A stretch of 64,000 nucleotides of DNA from an uncultured Acidobacteriota bacterium (GTDB lineage Bacteria > Acidobacteriota > Thermoanaerobaculia > Gp7-AA8), in NCBI GenBank assembly GCA_963741955.1, contig CAVUKB010000006.1:96001-160000 (forward strand). Direction: 5' to 3'. Below, one piece after another: positions 10,004 through 20,434 of the stretch (position 1 is its first letter; every line of letters starts with the position of its first letter). A program made the position numbers and the translations under genes. The notes under the pieces are model-generated. The model did no database searches, had not been told where the DNA came from, and saw only the letters and a list, made by a program, of their open reading frames with translations.

Positions 10004-12304
10004 TCAGATCCGCCGGAGATTCGCGTACTTCGCGACGAACTTCTTCGTTCCGGCGCGCTCGAAGAACACCGTCAGCTTCGCGTTCGGCCCGGAGCCCTCG
10101 GTCATCATCACCGTCCCGTCTCCGAACTTCTCGTGATGCACCCGCGTGCCCCTACGGTACTCCGAACCGTCGCGCCCAGCGGGACGGGACGAGCCGCCCT
10201 GAGGCCGTGCAGACGGCTGCGCCGGCCGGATCGCGGACGGATCGAACTGCACCGGCGCGCCCCCGAAGAATCCGGCCACGTTGCGGGCGTCGGCCCCTCC
10301 GCTCCGCCCCGGCTGTCGTGATCCCGAGGAGTATCCCTGGCGGATCGGCTGTTCGCGCCACGACGGCTCGTCGCGCATCCCGCGACGCCCGTGAGCGAGC
10401 ATCACCTCCTCCGTCACTCGAGAGGGAATCTCCTCGAGGAATGGAGAGCGGCTCTGTTCCCGGAACTGTCCGTAGATGCGGCGCTGCTGGCAGTGGATGC
10501 AGTAGAGCTGTTCGCGCGCACGCGTCATCCCGACGTAGCAGAGGCGCCGCTCTTCCTCGATCCCCGCTTCTTCGTCCTTCGACTGCGCGTGGGGAAGGAG
10601 GCCCTGCTCCATCCCCGCGAGGAAGACCACCCGGAACTCGAGACCCTTCGCCGCATGGAGGGTCATCAGCGTGACCCCCTTCTGGTCGTCGTACTGATCG
10701 ACATCCGAGACGAGGCTCACCGAGTCGATGTAGTCGCCCAGCGTCGCTCCCGGATTCGCTTCCCAGAACTCGCGAGCAGAGTTCATCAACTCCTCGAGAT
10801 TCTCCAGACGCGCATCGTCCTGCGGATCCTTCGACTCTTCGAGCGAGCGCCGGTAATCGGTGCGGAGGAGGAGATAGTCGAAGAACTCCGGCAGAGGGTT
10901 CGAGACTGCGCGCTGCAGGTCGTGCACGATCTCGCGGAACGCAGCGACCGCACGGCGCGCACGCTCGGAGAGGAACGGCATCTCCCCTTCGATCACCGTC
11001 CAGAGTGAGCTCCCCTCTTCGGCGGCCTTCTCCGCGATCGCCTTCACCGTCACGTCGCCGATCCCGCGGGTCGGAGAGTTGATCACCCTCTCGAGCGCTG
11101 GATCGTCGTGCGGGTGAATCGTCAGGCGGAAATACGAAAGAATGTCCTTGATCTCCGCCCGTTCGTAGAACTTCATCCCGCCGACGACGACGTACGGAAG
11201 ATTCAGCCCCAGGAGCTCTTCTTCGAACGGTCGCGACTGCGCGTTGGTCCGGAAGAGCACCGCGAATTCGCGGAGCGGGATCTCCGACCGGAGGGCGAGG
11301 ATCCGTTCGACCACGAATTTCGCCTCTTCACGCTCGGTCTCGCACGTGACCACGCGAACCTTCTCTCCCTCCCCTCCTTCGGTGAAGAGGGTCTTCCCTT
11401 TCCGCGCGACGTTCTGTTCCACCACTCCGGTCGCCGCGTCGAGGATGTTTCCCGTCGAGCGGTAGTTCTGCTCGAGCTTCACCACTGCCGCGCCGGGAAA
11501 GTCCCGTTCGAAGTTCAGGATGTTGCTGATGTCCGCACCGCGGAAGCGATAGATCGACTGATCTTCGTCGCCGACCGCCATCACGTTCCCTCCCTCGCCG
11601 GTCAGGAGCTTGATCAGCTGGTACTGGGCGTGGTTGGTGTCCTGGTACTCGTCGATCAGGACGTGGCGGAAGCGGGAACGGATGGAATCACGCACGTTCG
11701 GATGCTTCCGCAGAAGCTCGACGTAGTTGCCGATCAGATCGTCGAAATCCATCGCGTCGAACTTCTTCAGGTACTTCTGGTACAGCCGGTAGACGCCCGC
11801 GACGCGCGATCCGAAGAAATCGACGTTCTCCTTTTCGAACTCCGCCGGACCGGTCAACTCGTTCTTCGCCCGCGAGATGCGGCTCAGCACGTTGCGCGGA
11901 GGGAACGCGTCATCCGCCAGAGAGAGCTCCTTCAGAATGCGTCTGACCAGCGCCAGCTGGTCCGCGGTGTCGTAGATCGCGAACGAGCGGGTGTAGCCGA
12001 GCCGGTCGGCGTAGCGGCGGAGCATCCGGAGGGAGGTCGAATGGAACGTCCCGATGGTCGGCTTCGAGTTTCCGCGCGGGATCAGCTGCTCGATCCTGCT
12101 CAGCATCTCGCTCGCCGCCTTGTTGGTGAACGTGACCGCGAGAATCGAGGCCGGGTCCACCCCTCCTTCCGCGATCAGCCAGGCGATCCTGTGCGTGATG
12201 ACCCGCGTCTTGCCCGAACCGGCGCCCGCGAGCACCAGAAGGGCCCCTTCGCCGTGCGTGACCGCCGCGCGCTGTTGCGGATTGAGTCCTGTGAGGTCCA
12301 TCAT
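10004..12304 (-). CDS. uvrD: UvrD/PcrA ATP-dependent DNA helicase
   Basis: [61 protein letters not shown]-terminal Tudor-like domain. Confidence 0.95.
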   Translation of the reverse strand: MMDLTGLNPQQRAAVTHGEGALLVLAGAGSGKTRVITHRIAWLIAEGGVDPASILAVTFTNKAASEMLSRIEQLIPRGNSKPTIGTFHSTSLRMLRRYADRLGYTRSFAIYDTADQLALVRRILKELSLADDAFPPRNVLSRISRAKNELTGPAEFEKENVDFFGSRVAGVYRLYQKYLKKFDAMDFDDLIGNYVELLRKHPNVRDSIRSRFRHVLIDEYQDTNHAQYQLIKLLTGEGGNVMAVGDEDQSIYRFRGADISNILNFERDFPGAAVVKLEQNYRSTGNILDAATGVVEQNVARKGKTLFTEGGEGEKVRVVTCETEREEAKFVVERILALRSEIPLREFAVLFRTNAQSRPFEEELLGLNLPYVVVGGMKFYERAEIKDILSYFRLTIHPHDDPALERVINSPTRGIGDVTVKAIAEKAAEEGSSLWTVIEGEMPFLSERARRAVAAFREIVHDLQRAVSNPLPEFFDYLLLRTDYRRSLEESKDPQDDARLENLEELMNSAREFWEANPGATLGDYIDSVSLVSDVDQYDDQKGVTLMTLHAAKGLEFRVVFLAGMEQGLLPHAQSKDEEAGIEEERRLCYVGMTRAREQLYCIHCQQRRIYGQFREQSRSPFLEEIPSRVTEEVMLAHGRRGMRDEPSWREQPIRQGYSSGSRQPGRSGGADARNVAGFFGGAPVQFDPSAIRPAQPSARPQGGSSRPAGRDGSEYRRGTRVHHEKFGDGTVMMTEGSGPNAKLTVFFERAGTKKFVAKYANLRRI

Positions 12305-12505
12305 GGCCGGGGGACTTTAACAGAATTCGACCGGCCGGAAATCCGCCCGGATTGCGAATTCGTCACCATCCGAAGCTGTTTTGAACCGCATGAGGGGAAC
12401 GAACCCGGGTTCCGGGTTGTTCTCCCACTGCACGGCGTCCTGCGCAGGATGATCCAGCAGACGATTTCCGGATCATCCGCGCTACACTGGCGCCCGGAGG
12501 AACGA

Positions 12506-12694
12506 ATGGGCTCTCTCGGTTTTCCCGAACTGATGTTGATTCTTCTGATCGTGATCATTATTTTCGGAGCTTCGCGTCTTCCGCAGCTCGGCCGCGGACT
12601 CGGCGAAGGCATCTCGAACTTCCGTGACGGACTGAAAGGAAAGGATCAGAAGAACGACCACAGCGCTCCGGCGGAAGAGAAGAAGAACGGCTGA
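12506..12694 (+). CDS. tatA: Twin-arginine translocase TatA/TatE subunit
   Basis: [40 protein letters not shown]; GGAGG RBS. Confidence 0.93.
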   Translation: MGSLGFPELMLILLIVIIIFGASRLPQLGRGLGEGISNFRDGLKGKDQKNDHSAPAEEKKNG

Positions 12695-12754
12695 GACGCG
12701 GCAGAGCCGCGCTCCGATGATGCCGTCGCTGCCGGCCTCGTTCCACTGCCTGCG

Positions 12755-13522
12755 ATGAGTGAACCGACCGCACCCGACCGGAAGCCGCAGTTTCGCAGCG
12801 ATCTCTCGCAGACTCCTCTCCCGGAAGTCCTCATCACCGTCCACCGCTACCGGATTCCCGGATACATCGAATGCTCCCGCTCCGGTGAAACGAAGAAGAT
12901 CTACATCGACGACGGAGCGATCATCTTCGCCTCGTCCAGCCGGCGCGAGGATTCTCTCGGCGACCGGCTCCTGGAGAAGGGAATCATCACCCGCGAGCAG
13001 TACGACCAGAGCGCCCGGCTCCTGAAGGAGACCGGCCGCCGGCAGGGCCAGATCCTCGCGGAGATGAAGGCGATCGAACCGAAGGTTCTTTTCGTCTCGG
13101 TGCGGGAGCAGGTCGAGGAGATCGTCTGGTCCGTCTTCGCGTGGCCGGAAGGAGAAGTGGTCTTCCTCCCCGGCCGCGACAAGCACGAGGAGTTCATCAA
13201 GCTCCATATCCCCATTCCCCGCGCCGTTCTGAGCGGAGTTCGACGGATGAAAGATGCGCGCGCACTCGTGGCACGGATGGGAAGTCGCCACACCGTCTTC
13301 ATGCGATCGGAGAGGGCCGCGGATCCCGGGTTCGAGCTGTCGGCCGAGGAGCTCGTCCTCCTCGAATCGGTCGACGGGACCAGAACGCTCGAAGAGCTGA
13401 CGACCACTCCGGCTCTTTCGCAGGTCGAGAACGCAAAGGTTCTCTACGGCATGTTCGCGCTCCGGCTCATCGAGCGGAAGCCGCCGAAACAGATCAAGAT
13501 CCAGGTCCCCTCCAGGAAGTGA
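12755..13522 (+). CDS. DUF4388-like domain protein
   Basis: DLSQTPLPEVL...KIYIDDGAIIFASS...LGDRLL...FAWPEGEVVF pattern. Confidence 0.75.
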   Translation: MSEPTAPDRKPQFRSDLSQTPLPEVLITVHRYRIPGYIECSRSGETKKIYIDDGAIIFASSSRREDSLGDRLLEKGIITREQYDQSARLLKETGRRQGQILAEMKAIEPKVLFVSVREQVEEIVWSVFAWPEGEVVFLPGRDKHEEFIKLHIPIPRAVLSGVRRMKDARALVARMGSRHTVFMRSERAADPGFELSAEELVLLESVDGTRTLEELTTTPALSQVENAKVLYGMFALRLIERKPPKQIKIQVPSRK

Positions 13523-13568
13523 ATCTCACCGCCCGCACCGCAACGGCCGCGGGCTCGAAGGAGATCGA

Positions 13569-14450
13569 GTGCGCTGGTTGATCACCGGAGCGACCGGAAT
13601 GGTCGGATCCGACCTCCGAACGCAGTTGAAGGAAGCGGACGCCGACGTCGTGGCCGTCGGGCGTGCGGAGCTCGACGTGACGGACCGTGACGCCGTCCTC
13701 TACCTGATGAAGAACGTCCGCCCTCAGATCGTGGTGAACTGCGCGGCCTTCACCAAGGTCGACGCGTGCGAGTCGGAAGAAGAGCGGGCCACCGAGGTGA
13801 ACGGAACGGCAGTCGGGCACCTCGCGGAAGGGTGCAATCGCTGGAGCGCACTCCTTCTCCAGATCTCGACAGACTTCGTCTTCGACGGCGCGAGCGTCGA
13901 GCCGTACGAAATCAATCACCCCGTTGCACCGATCTCCGCCTACGGCCGCTCGAAGCTCGAAGGGGAGAGGGAGGCGGCCAGTGCGTGGAAACATCAGATC
14001 GTCCGGACGTCATGGCTCTTCGGCACTCACGGCTGGAACTTCGTCGAAGCGATCCGCCGGCAGATCGACAACGGAAGACGAGAGCTGAAGGTCGTCGACG
14101 ATCAGCGCGGACGGCCGACCTACACTCCGCATCTCGCGTCCGCACTGATCCGCCTCGGCAAGCTCGGAGCCGCCGCGGAGGAGGCGCAGGGGACATTCCA
14201 TTACGCAGACGACGACGCCTGCTCGTGGTTCGACTTCGCGACGGCGATCGTCGAGAAGCTCGACGGACGCGGCGAGCTTCCCGAGCCGGTGGTCGTGAGT
14301 TCGGTCACCTCCGCGGAGTTCGCGAGTCCCGCGCGACGTCCGGCCTGGTCCGTCCTCTCCACCGAACGATACGAGCGGCTCACCGGCGCTCGTCCCGAAT
14401 CATGGCGTGAAGGACTCGACGAATATCTCGAGCGGCGCACGCTCGGCTGA
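13569..14450 (+). CDS. rfbD: dTDP-4-dehydrorhamnose reductase
   Basis: ITGATGMVG, NCAAFTKVD, ISTDFVFDG, YGRSK, VDDQRGRPT. Confidence 0.93.
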   Translation: MRWLITGATGMVGSDLRTQLKEADADVVAVGRAELDVTDRDAVLYLMKNVRPQIVVNCAAFTKVDACESEEERATEVNGTAVGHLAEGCNRWSALLLQISTDFVFDGASVEPYEINHPVAPISAYGRSKLEGEREAASAWKHQIVRTSWLFGTHGWNFVEAIRRQIDNGRRELKVVDDQRGRPTYTPHLASALIRLGKLGAAAEEAQGTFHYADDDACSWFDFATAIVEKLDGRGELPEPVVVSSVTSAEFASPARRPAWSVLSTERYERLTGARPESWREGLDEYLERRTLG

Positions 14451-14451
14451 T

Positions 14452-14727
14452 TCACTCCTTCATCACGTCGTTCCACTCCGGGTGCTTCTCGGCCCACCTT
14501 TTCGCAAACGTACAGGTGGCAATCACCCGAAGGTCGTTCTCGCGGGCGTACTGGAACGCACGCTCGACGAGAGCGGACGCGACGCCTTCGCCGCGAAGAT
14601 CATCGTCGACGTTGGTGTGCTGGATGTCGATGACGCCGCCGTCTTTCGGCCGGTATCCGAGTTTCGCTTCTCCTCTACCGTTCCTGGCGACGAATTCATG
14701 ATGATTCTGGTCGTGCTCGATCTCCAT
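14452..14727 (-). CDS. Small GNAT acetyltransferase (YjdJ-like)
   Basis: IQHTNVDDDLRGEGVA...VIATCTF. Confidence 0.85.
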   Translation of the reverse strand: MEIEHDQNHHEFVARNGRGEAKLGYRPKDGGVIDIQHTNVDDDLRGEGVASALVERAFQYARENDLRVIATCTFAKRWAEKHPEWNDVMKE

Positions 14728-14780
14728 GGATCCTCCTCTGCAGCTCTGCTACATGAGGCATGCCATGGTTGGCGTCGTGA

Positions 14781-15539
14781 TCAGGTTTCTTCCGATCTTT
14801 CGTGCAGCAGCGCGTACATCAGGAATTCGACATTCCCTTCGGCGCCGCGGATCGGACTCTCGATCACTCCGATCACTTCGAATCCGAGCCCGATCGCGAA
14901 TTCGCGGATGCCTTCCACCACTTCCGCACGTTTCGCTTCGTCGCGCACGATCCCTCCTTTACCGACCTCTGCGCGACCGACTTCGAACTGAGGCTTGATC
15001 AGCGCCACGATCCCGCCTCCGAGCCGGAGAAATCTCGGAACGACCGGAAGGATCAGGCGGAGGGAGATGAAGGAGACGTCGATCGAGACGAAGTCGACCT
15101 CCTCGTCGAATTCGCTGCGTTGGAGAAACCGCGCGTTCGTCTTTTCACGATTGACCACGCGCGGGTCGTTTCGGAGCGAAACGTCGAGTTGCCCGTAGCC
15201 GGCGTCGATGGCGTAGACCTTCGACGCGCCGCTCTGGAGCATCACGTCCGTGAAGCCTCCGGTCGAGGCTCCGATGTCTGCGCAGGTCTTCCCTTCGAGA
15301 GCGATTCCGAAACTCCGGACTGCTCCCGCGAGCTTCATCCCTCCCCGACCGACCCACGGATGTTCGAGCTCGATCACCGCGAGCTCGTCGTCGGGGGAGA
15401 TCTGCGTTCCCGGCTTTTCCACGTATTCGCCGTTGACGGTGACGCGGCGAGCCATGACCAGCGATTGAGCCTTCGTTCGGGTGGGAACCAGGCCGCGATC
15501 GACGAGTGCCAGATCGAGACGGGACTTCTTCGTAGCCAT
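14781..15539 (-). CDS. tlyA: TlyA family rRNA methyltransferase
   Basis: RLDLALV S4 domain, GRGGMKL, DIGASTGGFTD, DVSFISL, LIKPQFE, GNVEFL. Confidence 0.93.
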   Translation of the reverse strand: MATKKSRLDLALVDRGLVPTRTKAQSLVMARRVTVNGEYVEKPGTQISPDDELAVIELEHPWVGRGGMKLAGAVRSFGIALEGKTCADIGASTGGFTDVMLQSGASKVYAIDAGYGQLDVSLRNDPRVVNREKTNARFLQRSEFDEEVDFVSIDVSFISLRLILPVVPRFLRLGGGIVALIKPQFEVGRAEVGKGGIVRDEAKRAEVVEGIREFAIGLGFEVIGVIESPIRGAEGNVEFLMYALLHERSEET

Positions 15540-15616
15540 CGTCCCGAAGTGTATGCGAGGAAAGGTTTCCGGCGGAGCCCGGGGGGGAAGCTCCGCCGGA
15601 ATGAGACCGGCCCGGA

Positions 15617-17173
15617 TCAGAATGCGGCTGACAGATCCGGAGTCGGCAGGATGGTGGTCGGATCGCCGCTGGCGTTGTCGACCACCGAGCCATAGACGTA
15701 GATCGGCGCGGAGGCGGAGTAACTCAGCGTTCCGCTTTCGAGGTCGGCCGCGGTGTTGAACAGCCCGGTCGCCCCGATCAGGGGCGTCTGCATCTGCTCC
15801 CATGGCCCGAGAGTGAGGGTGCGGTTACCGACATCCGTTCCCGTCGCAGAGTGAAGAACCATATTGACCGCCACTGCCACGGGCGAAGCGTTGAAGAATC
15901 CGACATTGGCCCGCGTATTGAGCAGACCGGTACCTGACGTACCTACATCCGTGAGTCCCGTCAGAAGGCCCGCAGAGGACGAATCGCAGCGGTTCAACCC
16001 GGGCATCGATTGCCCGAACGTTCCGAGATTCAGGTTCCCCTGATCGTTGAAGATGCGGGCAGTGGCCGCCACATTTCCATCGGAGATGATCCGGAGCGCT
16101 CCCATCCCCTGAGCGTTCGGAAGGAGTTGGGACAGCTGTGTGAACGCGAGCGTTCCGCGTGCAGGAACGGTCTCGACCGCGGTCATCCCAGCGAACGTCG
16201 CGTCAGCCATCGCTCCTCGGGGGAAGAACTCGATGTACACCGGCGTGTCGGTCGTCGCGGACGCATTGTAGATCTGGATGTTGGTGTCCCAGTGGCTTCC
16301 GAGTGCACCCGGGAGACTTCCAACCGCCGGGATCACCACTTCGTTACCCAGTCCGAGCTGTGCTCGCACCGCACCATTCGGAAACGCCGCCGTGTTCGCC
16401 GTGAGGTAGTAGTCCGAAGGATTCGAGAGAATCTCGTTGGCGAGTGTGTCGGTGATCGGAACGGAGAGGGTGAGGCGGTTGTCGGTCGGAGTCAGATCCG
16501 ATCCGAGGGTCATCACCACCGGACCGTTCATGCCGGGCGCAGCCTGACGGAGCTGAAGCTGCGAGATGGAGCTCAGATCCGGCGTGCCGAGGAAATCGAC
16601 ATAGAGCGTAGGAGTGCCATTCGCGTCGCGCTGGATGCGCAGGATCGCGGTTCCGGTCGCACTCGTCGATCCCGGGGTGCCGATCACGTTGGCCCCGGTC
16701 GCGTTCACCAGCAGAACCCGATTGTCGACCAGGGCTCCCTGAATCGCTCCATTGGGATTCGCCGTCGTGTCGATCCTGATCGAGTACTGCCCGGGATTGG
16801 CGATGATGTCGTTCATCAGGCTGTCAGGGATGGTCTGCGCCAGCGTGAAGTTTCCTCCCTGATCGATGCTCTGACTGCCGGTGAGATCGAATACGACGTT
16901 GCCATTCGGACCGATGATGCTCACCCCGGTCACGCCGGTGAGTCCCGCCGTCGAGAGGTCGGCGAACAGAACGTGATTCGCGGTGTCGAGGCGGACGTTG
17001 GCCACGCCGGATCCGTTGAGCATTCCGAGCGGGGAGCCGAATTGCCGGCCTGCGAGGGTCGCACTGAACGAGGTTCCGTTGTTCGCTCCACAGCCGCTGA
17101 TCTCCGCAGAAGCGGTCGATCCGATGAACGTCGCCATCGCGACTGCCAATGTATAGATGAGTAGTTTTTTCAC
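15617..17173 (-). CDS. Secreted protein with two CHRD-like domains and an unnamed C-terminal beta domain
   Basis: AGGAGG RBS + GTG, signal peptide; two CHRD-like ends (NPGQYSIRIDTTANPNGAIQG; NPSDYYLTANTAAFPNGAVRAQL). Confidence 0.75.
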   Translation of the reverse strand: MKKLLIYTLAVAMATFIGSTASAEISGCGANNGTSFSATLAGRQFGSPLGMLNGSGVANVRLDTANHVLFADLSTAGLTGVTGVSIIGPNGNVVFDLTGSQSIDQGGNFTLAQTIPDSLMNDIIANPGQYSIRIDTTANPNGAIQGALVDNRVLLVNATGANVIGTPGSTSATGTAILRIQRDANGTPTLYVDFLGTPDLSSISQLQLRQAAPGMNGPVVMTLGSDLTPTDNRLTLSVPITDTLANEILSNPSDYYLTANTAAFPNGAVRAQLGLGNEVVIPAVGSLPGALGSHWDTNIQIYNASATTDTPVYIEFFPRGAMADATFAGMTAVETVPARGTLAFTQLSQLLPNAQGMGALRIISDGNVAATARIFNDQGNLNLGTFGQSMPGLNRCDSSSAGLLTGLTDVGTSGTGLLNTRANVGFFNASPVAVAVNMVLHSATGTDVGNRTLTLGPWEQMQTPLIGATGLFNTAADLESGTLSYSASAPIYVYGSVVDNASGDPTTILPTPDLSAAF

Positions 17174-17378
17174 CACAAGCCTCCTGATCGTCATGAATTG
17201 TCGACTGCTGAAACCGCCCCGGAAGAGGCGGTCGTGTCGGAGTTCGCGCCCCCATGACGCGAACCGCGTGCGGTCGGGAGGCGGTGCAAGTTCGACGCCT
17301 GTTATTTGCATTATTGGTGGGCTCGCCGGAGGCATGGGGTCAGGTCTTGAGAATCGAATCCGCACTCCTCGGCTCGGT

Positions 17379-18433
17379 ATCTCCCTGGGGTGCGGATCCC
17401 GCCCCGCGGGATCCGCCGGCAGAATCTCGTTCTACGCGATGAAGACGGCGGCTACGGCTGCACGCGCAGCGTCAGCGAATCTCACGAAACCAGCTCCGCT
17501 TCTGCCGAGGATCGAACGTGTTCCAGGGGGTGCGGATCCTCAGATCCGCCGCGAAAACCGTGTTCAAGCGATGAAGACCGCGGCTACGGCTGTATGCGAA
17601 GCGTCTGTCTGTCTCGCGAGAAAGAAGCTTCGCTTCTGCCGAGGATCTGGATGATGCTGCGGTGGCGCTCGCGCCATGACTCGCGCGGCGGATCAGAGGA
17701 TCCGCACCCCTCGGGGCGGGATCCGCGCCCCTCGGAAAAGATCCGCACCCATCGGGGCGTGTTCCAGGGGGTGCGGATCCTCCGATCCGCCGCGAAAACC
17801 GTGTTCAAGCGATGAAGACCGCGGCTACGGCTGTATGCGAAGCGTCTGTCTGTCTCGCGAGAAAGAAGCTTCGCTTCTGCCAAGGATCTGGATGATGCTG
17901 CGGTCGCGCTCGCGCCATGACTCGCGCGGCGGATCAGAGGATCCGCACCCCTCGGGGCGGGATCCGCACCCCTCGGAAAAGATCCGCACCCCTCGGGGCG
18001 TGTTCCAGGGGGTGCGGATCCTCCGATCCGCCGCGAAAACCGTGTTCAAGCGATGAAGACCGCGGCTACGGCTGTATGCGAAGCGTCTGTCTGTCTCGCG
18101 AGAAAGAAGCTTCGCTTCTGCCAAGGATCTGGATGATGCTGCGGTCGCGCTCGCGCCATGACTCGCGCGGCGGATCAGAGGATCCGCATCCCTCGGGGCG
18201 GGATCCGCGCCCCTCGGAAAAGATCCGCCCCCATCGGGGCGTGTTCCAGGGGGTGCGGATCCTCCGATCCGCCGCGAAAACCGTGTTCAAGCGATGAAGA
18301 CCGCGGCTACGGCTGTATGCGAAGCGTCTGTCTGTCTCGCGAGAAAGAAGCTTCGCTTCTGCCAAGGATCTGGGTGATGCTGCGGTCGCGCACGAGCCGT
18401 GATCCGCGCGGCGGATTACGAATCCGCACTCCC
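17379..18433. repeat. Tandem array of four 241-bp hairpin-ended units plus a degenerate leading unit
   Basis: GGGGTGCGGATCCTC at ~17526, 17767, 18008, 18249; near-identical units; reverse-complement homology to the 9.2-9.9 kb array. Confidence 0.93.
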
Positions 18434-18477
18434 GGCGCGGCCGAACAACTCGCCGCTCACCGCTCGCCACTCACCGC

Positions 18478-20388
18478 TCACCGATTCGCGGCTTCAGCGA
18501 GGTTCGGCGAGAGGACGAACTTCTTCACCCTCGTGGCGATCCCATCCGAGTGGAGGTCGTACTGCGCACGGAGAACGTCCTGCGTCCCGTGGTGCACGTA
18601 CTCGTCGGGAATGCCGATGCGGTGGAAGCTCACGTCCGGGAGATCGAGCTGTTGCACTCGTTCCATGATCGCGGAGCCGAAGCCGCCGGCAAGCGACCCC
18701 TCTTCGACCGTGATCACTTTCGCTCCGGGCGTGCAGTAACGGATCACCAGGTCGTCGTCGATCGGCTTGATGAACCGCGCATTGATCACCGCGACGTCGA
18801 TGCCTTCCTCGCGAGCGAGCTTCTCCGCGGCGCGGAACGCCGGCCAGACCTCGTTTCCGATCGCGAAGATCACCGCGTTCTTCCCTTCCCGCAGCACTTC
18901 GCCCTTCCCGATCGGAAGCGAGTGCATCTCGGGATCGATCTGCACTCCCTCCGCCGCGCCGCGGGGGTATCGGAGAGAGGTCGGATGGCCGCTCTCGAAC
19001 GCCGTCTTCAGCATGTGCCGGAGCTCGTTTTCGTCTTTGGGCGCCATGCAGATCATGTTCGGGAAGAGCCGCAGGTACGCCATGTCGTAGATCCCGTGAT
19101 GGGTCGGCCCGTCGGCCCCGGCGATGCCGGCGCGGTCGAGCGCGAAGACGACCGGAAGATCCATGATCGCCACGTCGTGGAACACCTGATCGAATGCGCG
19201 CTGCAGGAACGTCGAATAGATCGCCGCGATCGGCTTCAGCCCCTGCGTCGCCAGCCCTCCGGAAAACGTGATCGCATGTTCCTCGGCGATCCCGACGTCG
19301 TACATCCGTTCCGGATACGCCTTCTTGAACTTGTCCAGACCGGTGCCTTCGGGCATCGCGGCGGTCATCGCGACGATCCGCTCGTCTTCGGCTGCCAGCT
19401 CGATCAGGGCCTGCGCGAAAACCGAGGTGTAGCTCGGCGCCGACGGCTTGTCGGACTTCTTCGCCTCGCCGGACTTGATGTCGAACGGCGTCACTCCGTG
19501 CGACCAGATCGGCTTGTCCTCTGCGGGGTGATATCCCTTCCCCTTCTTGGTCAGGACGTGGATCAGCACCGGCCCGTCGTAGTCTTTCGTCCGCTGCAGG
19601 ACATCGATCAGCAGGTTCAGATCGTGGCCGTCGTACGGTCCGAGATACTTGAATCCGAGCTCCTCGAACAGGAGCCCCGGAACGACCATGTGCTTGACCA
19701 TCTCCTCCACGTCGGAGGCGAGGCCGTGGATCTTTCCACCCACCACCGGAATCCGGTCCATCACCCGCTTCGCGAGGTCCTTCATCACGATGTACTTCTG
19801 GCCCTTGATGATCTGGTTCAGATAGCCCGAGATCGCTCCGACGTTCGTCGAGATCGACATTTCGTTGTCGTTCAGGACGATGATCATCTTCTTCTTCAGG
19901 TGACCGGCCTGGTTCAGACCTTCGAGTGCGAGACCTCCCGAGAGCGCACCGTCGCCGATGATGGCGGCGACCCGGTAATCCTCTTTCCGGAAGTCGCGTC
20001 CGGCCGCGATCCCGAGCGCTGCGGAGATGGACGTCGAGGCATGTCCCGCGTTGAAGACGTCGTAGACCGACTCCTCACGCTTGCAGAATCCGGAGATCCC
20101 GTCGTGCTGCCGGATGGTGTGGAACCGATCGCGCCGGCCGGTGATCAGCTTGTGCGGATAGCTCTGGTGGCCGGTGTCGAGCACCAGCTGATCGCGCGGG
20201 GTGTCGAGGACGTAGTGGAGCGCGAGGGTCAGCTCGACGATACCGAGATTTCCGCCGAAGTGGCCTCCGAGCTGGGAAACCACGTCGATGATCTGATCCC
20301 GGATCTCCTGAGCGACCTGCGGAAGTTGGGAAGGATCGAGCTTGCGCAGGTCGTGCGGAGAATCGATCGAGTCGAGAAGTCTTGCCAT
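18478..20388 (-). CDS. dxs: 1-deoxy-D-xylulose-5-phosphate synthase
   Basis: GGHFGGNLG, DTGHQSYPHK, GHASTSIS, GDGA...NDN, VGIAEEHA, YSTFLQRAFDQ, DGPTHHG. Confidence 0.96.
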   Translation of the reverse strand: MARLLDSIDSPHDLRKLDPSQLPQVAQEIRDQIIDVVSQLGGHFGGNLGIVELTLALHYVLDTPRDQLVLDTGHQSYPHKLITGRRDRFHTIRQHDGISGFCKREESVYDVFNAGHASTSISAALGIAAGRDFRKEDYRVAAIIGDGALSGGLALEGLNQAGHLKKKMIIVLNDNEMSISTNVGAISGYLNQIIKGQKYIVMKDLAKRVMDRIPVVGGKIHGLASDVEEMVKHMVVPGLLFEELGFKYLGPYDGHDLNLLIDVLQRTKDYDGPVLIHVLTKKGKGYHPAEDKPIWSHGVTPFDIKSGEAKKSDKPSAPSYTSVFAQALIELAAEDERIVAMTAAMPEGTGLDKFKKAYPERMYDVGIAEEHAITFSGGLATQGLKPIAAIYSTFLQRAFDQVFHDVAIMDLPVVFALDRAGIAGADGPTHHGIYDMAYLRLFPNMICMAPKDENELRHMLKTAFESGHPTSLRYPRGAAEGVQIDPEMHSLPIGKGEVLREGKNAVIFAIGNEVWPAFRAAEKLAREEGIDVAVINARFIKPIDDDLVIRYCTPGAKVITVEEGSLAGGFGSAIMERVQQLDLPDVSFHRIGIPDEYVHHGTQDVLRAQYDLHSDGIATRVKKFVLSPNLAEAANR

Positions 20389-20434
20389 CTGTTCTGCCTG
20401 AAACTGAAGTCGTGGACACACCCTGGCCGAAGGG

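Noticed and set aside
9174-18433. CRISPR interpretation of the two arrays
   Set aside because: Whole ~240-bp units repeat, there are no unique spacers and no cas genes
17390-18739. Repeated ORFs within the arrays (also 8831-10321 and 6986-7659)
   Set aside because: Periods of 241, 232 and 187 are not multiples of 3; frames shift each unit; no RBS or protein-like composition
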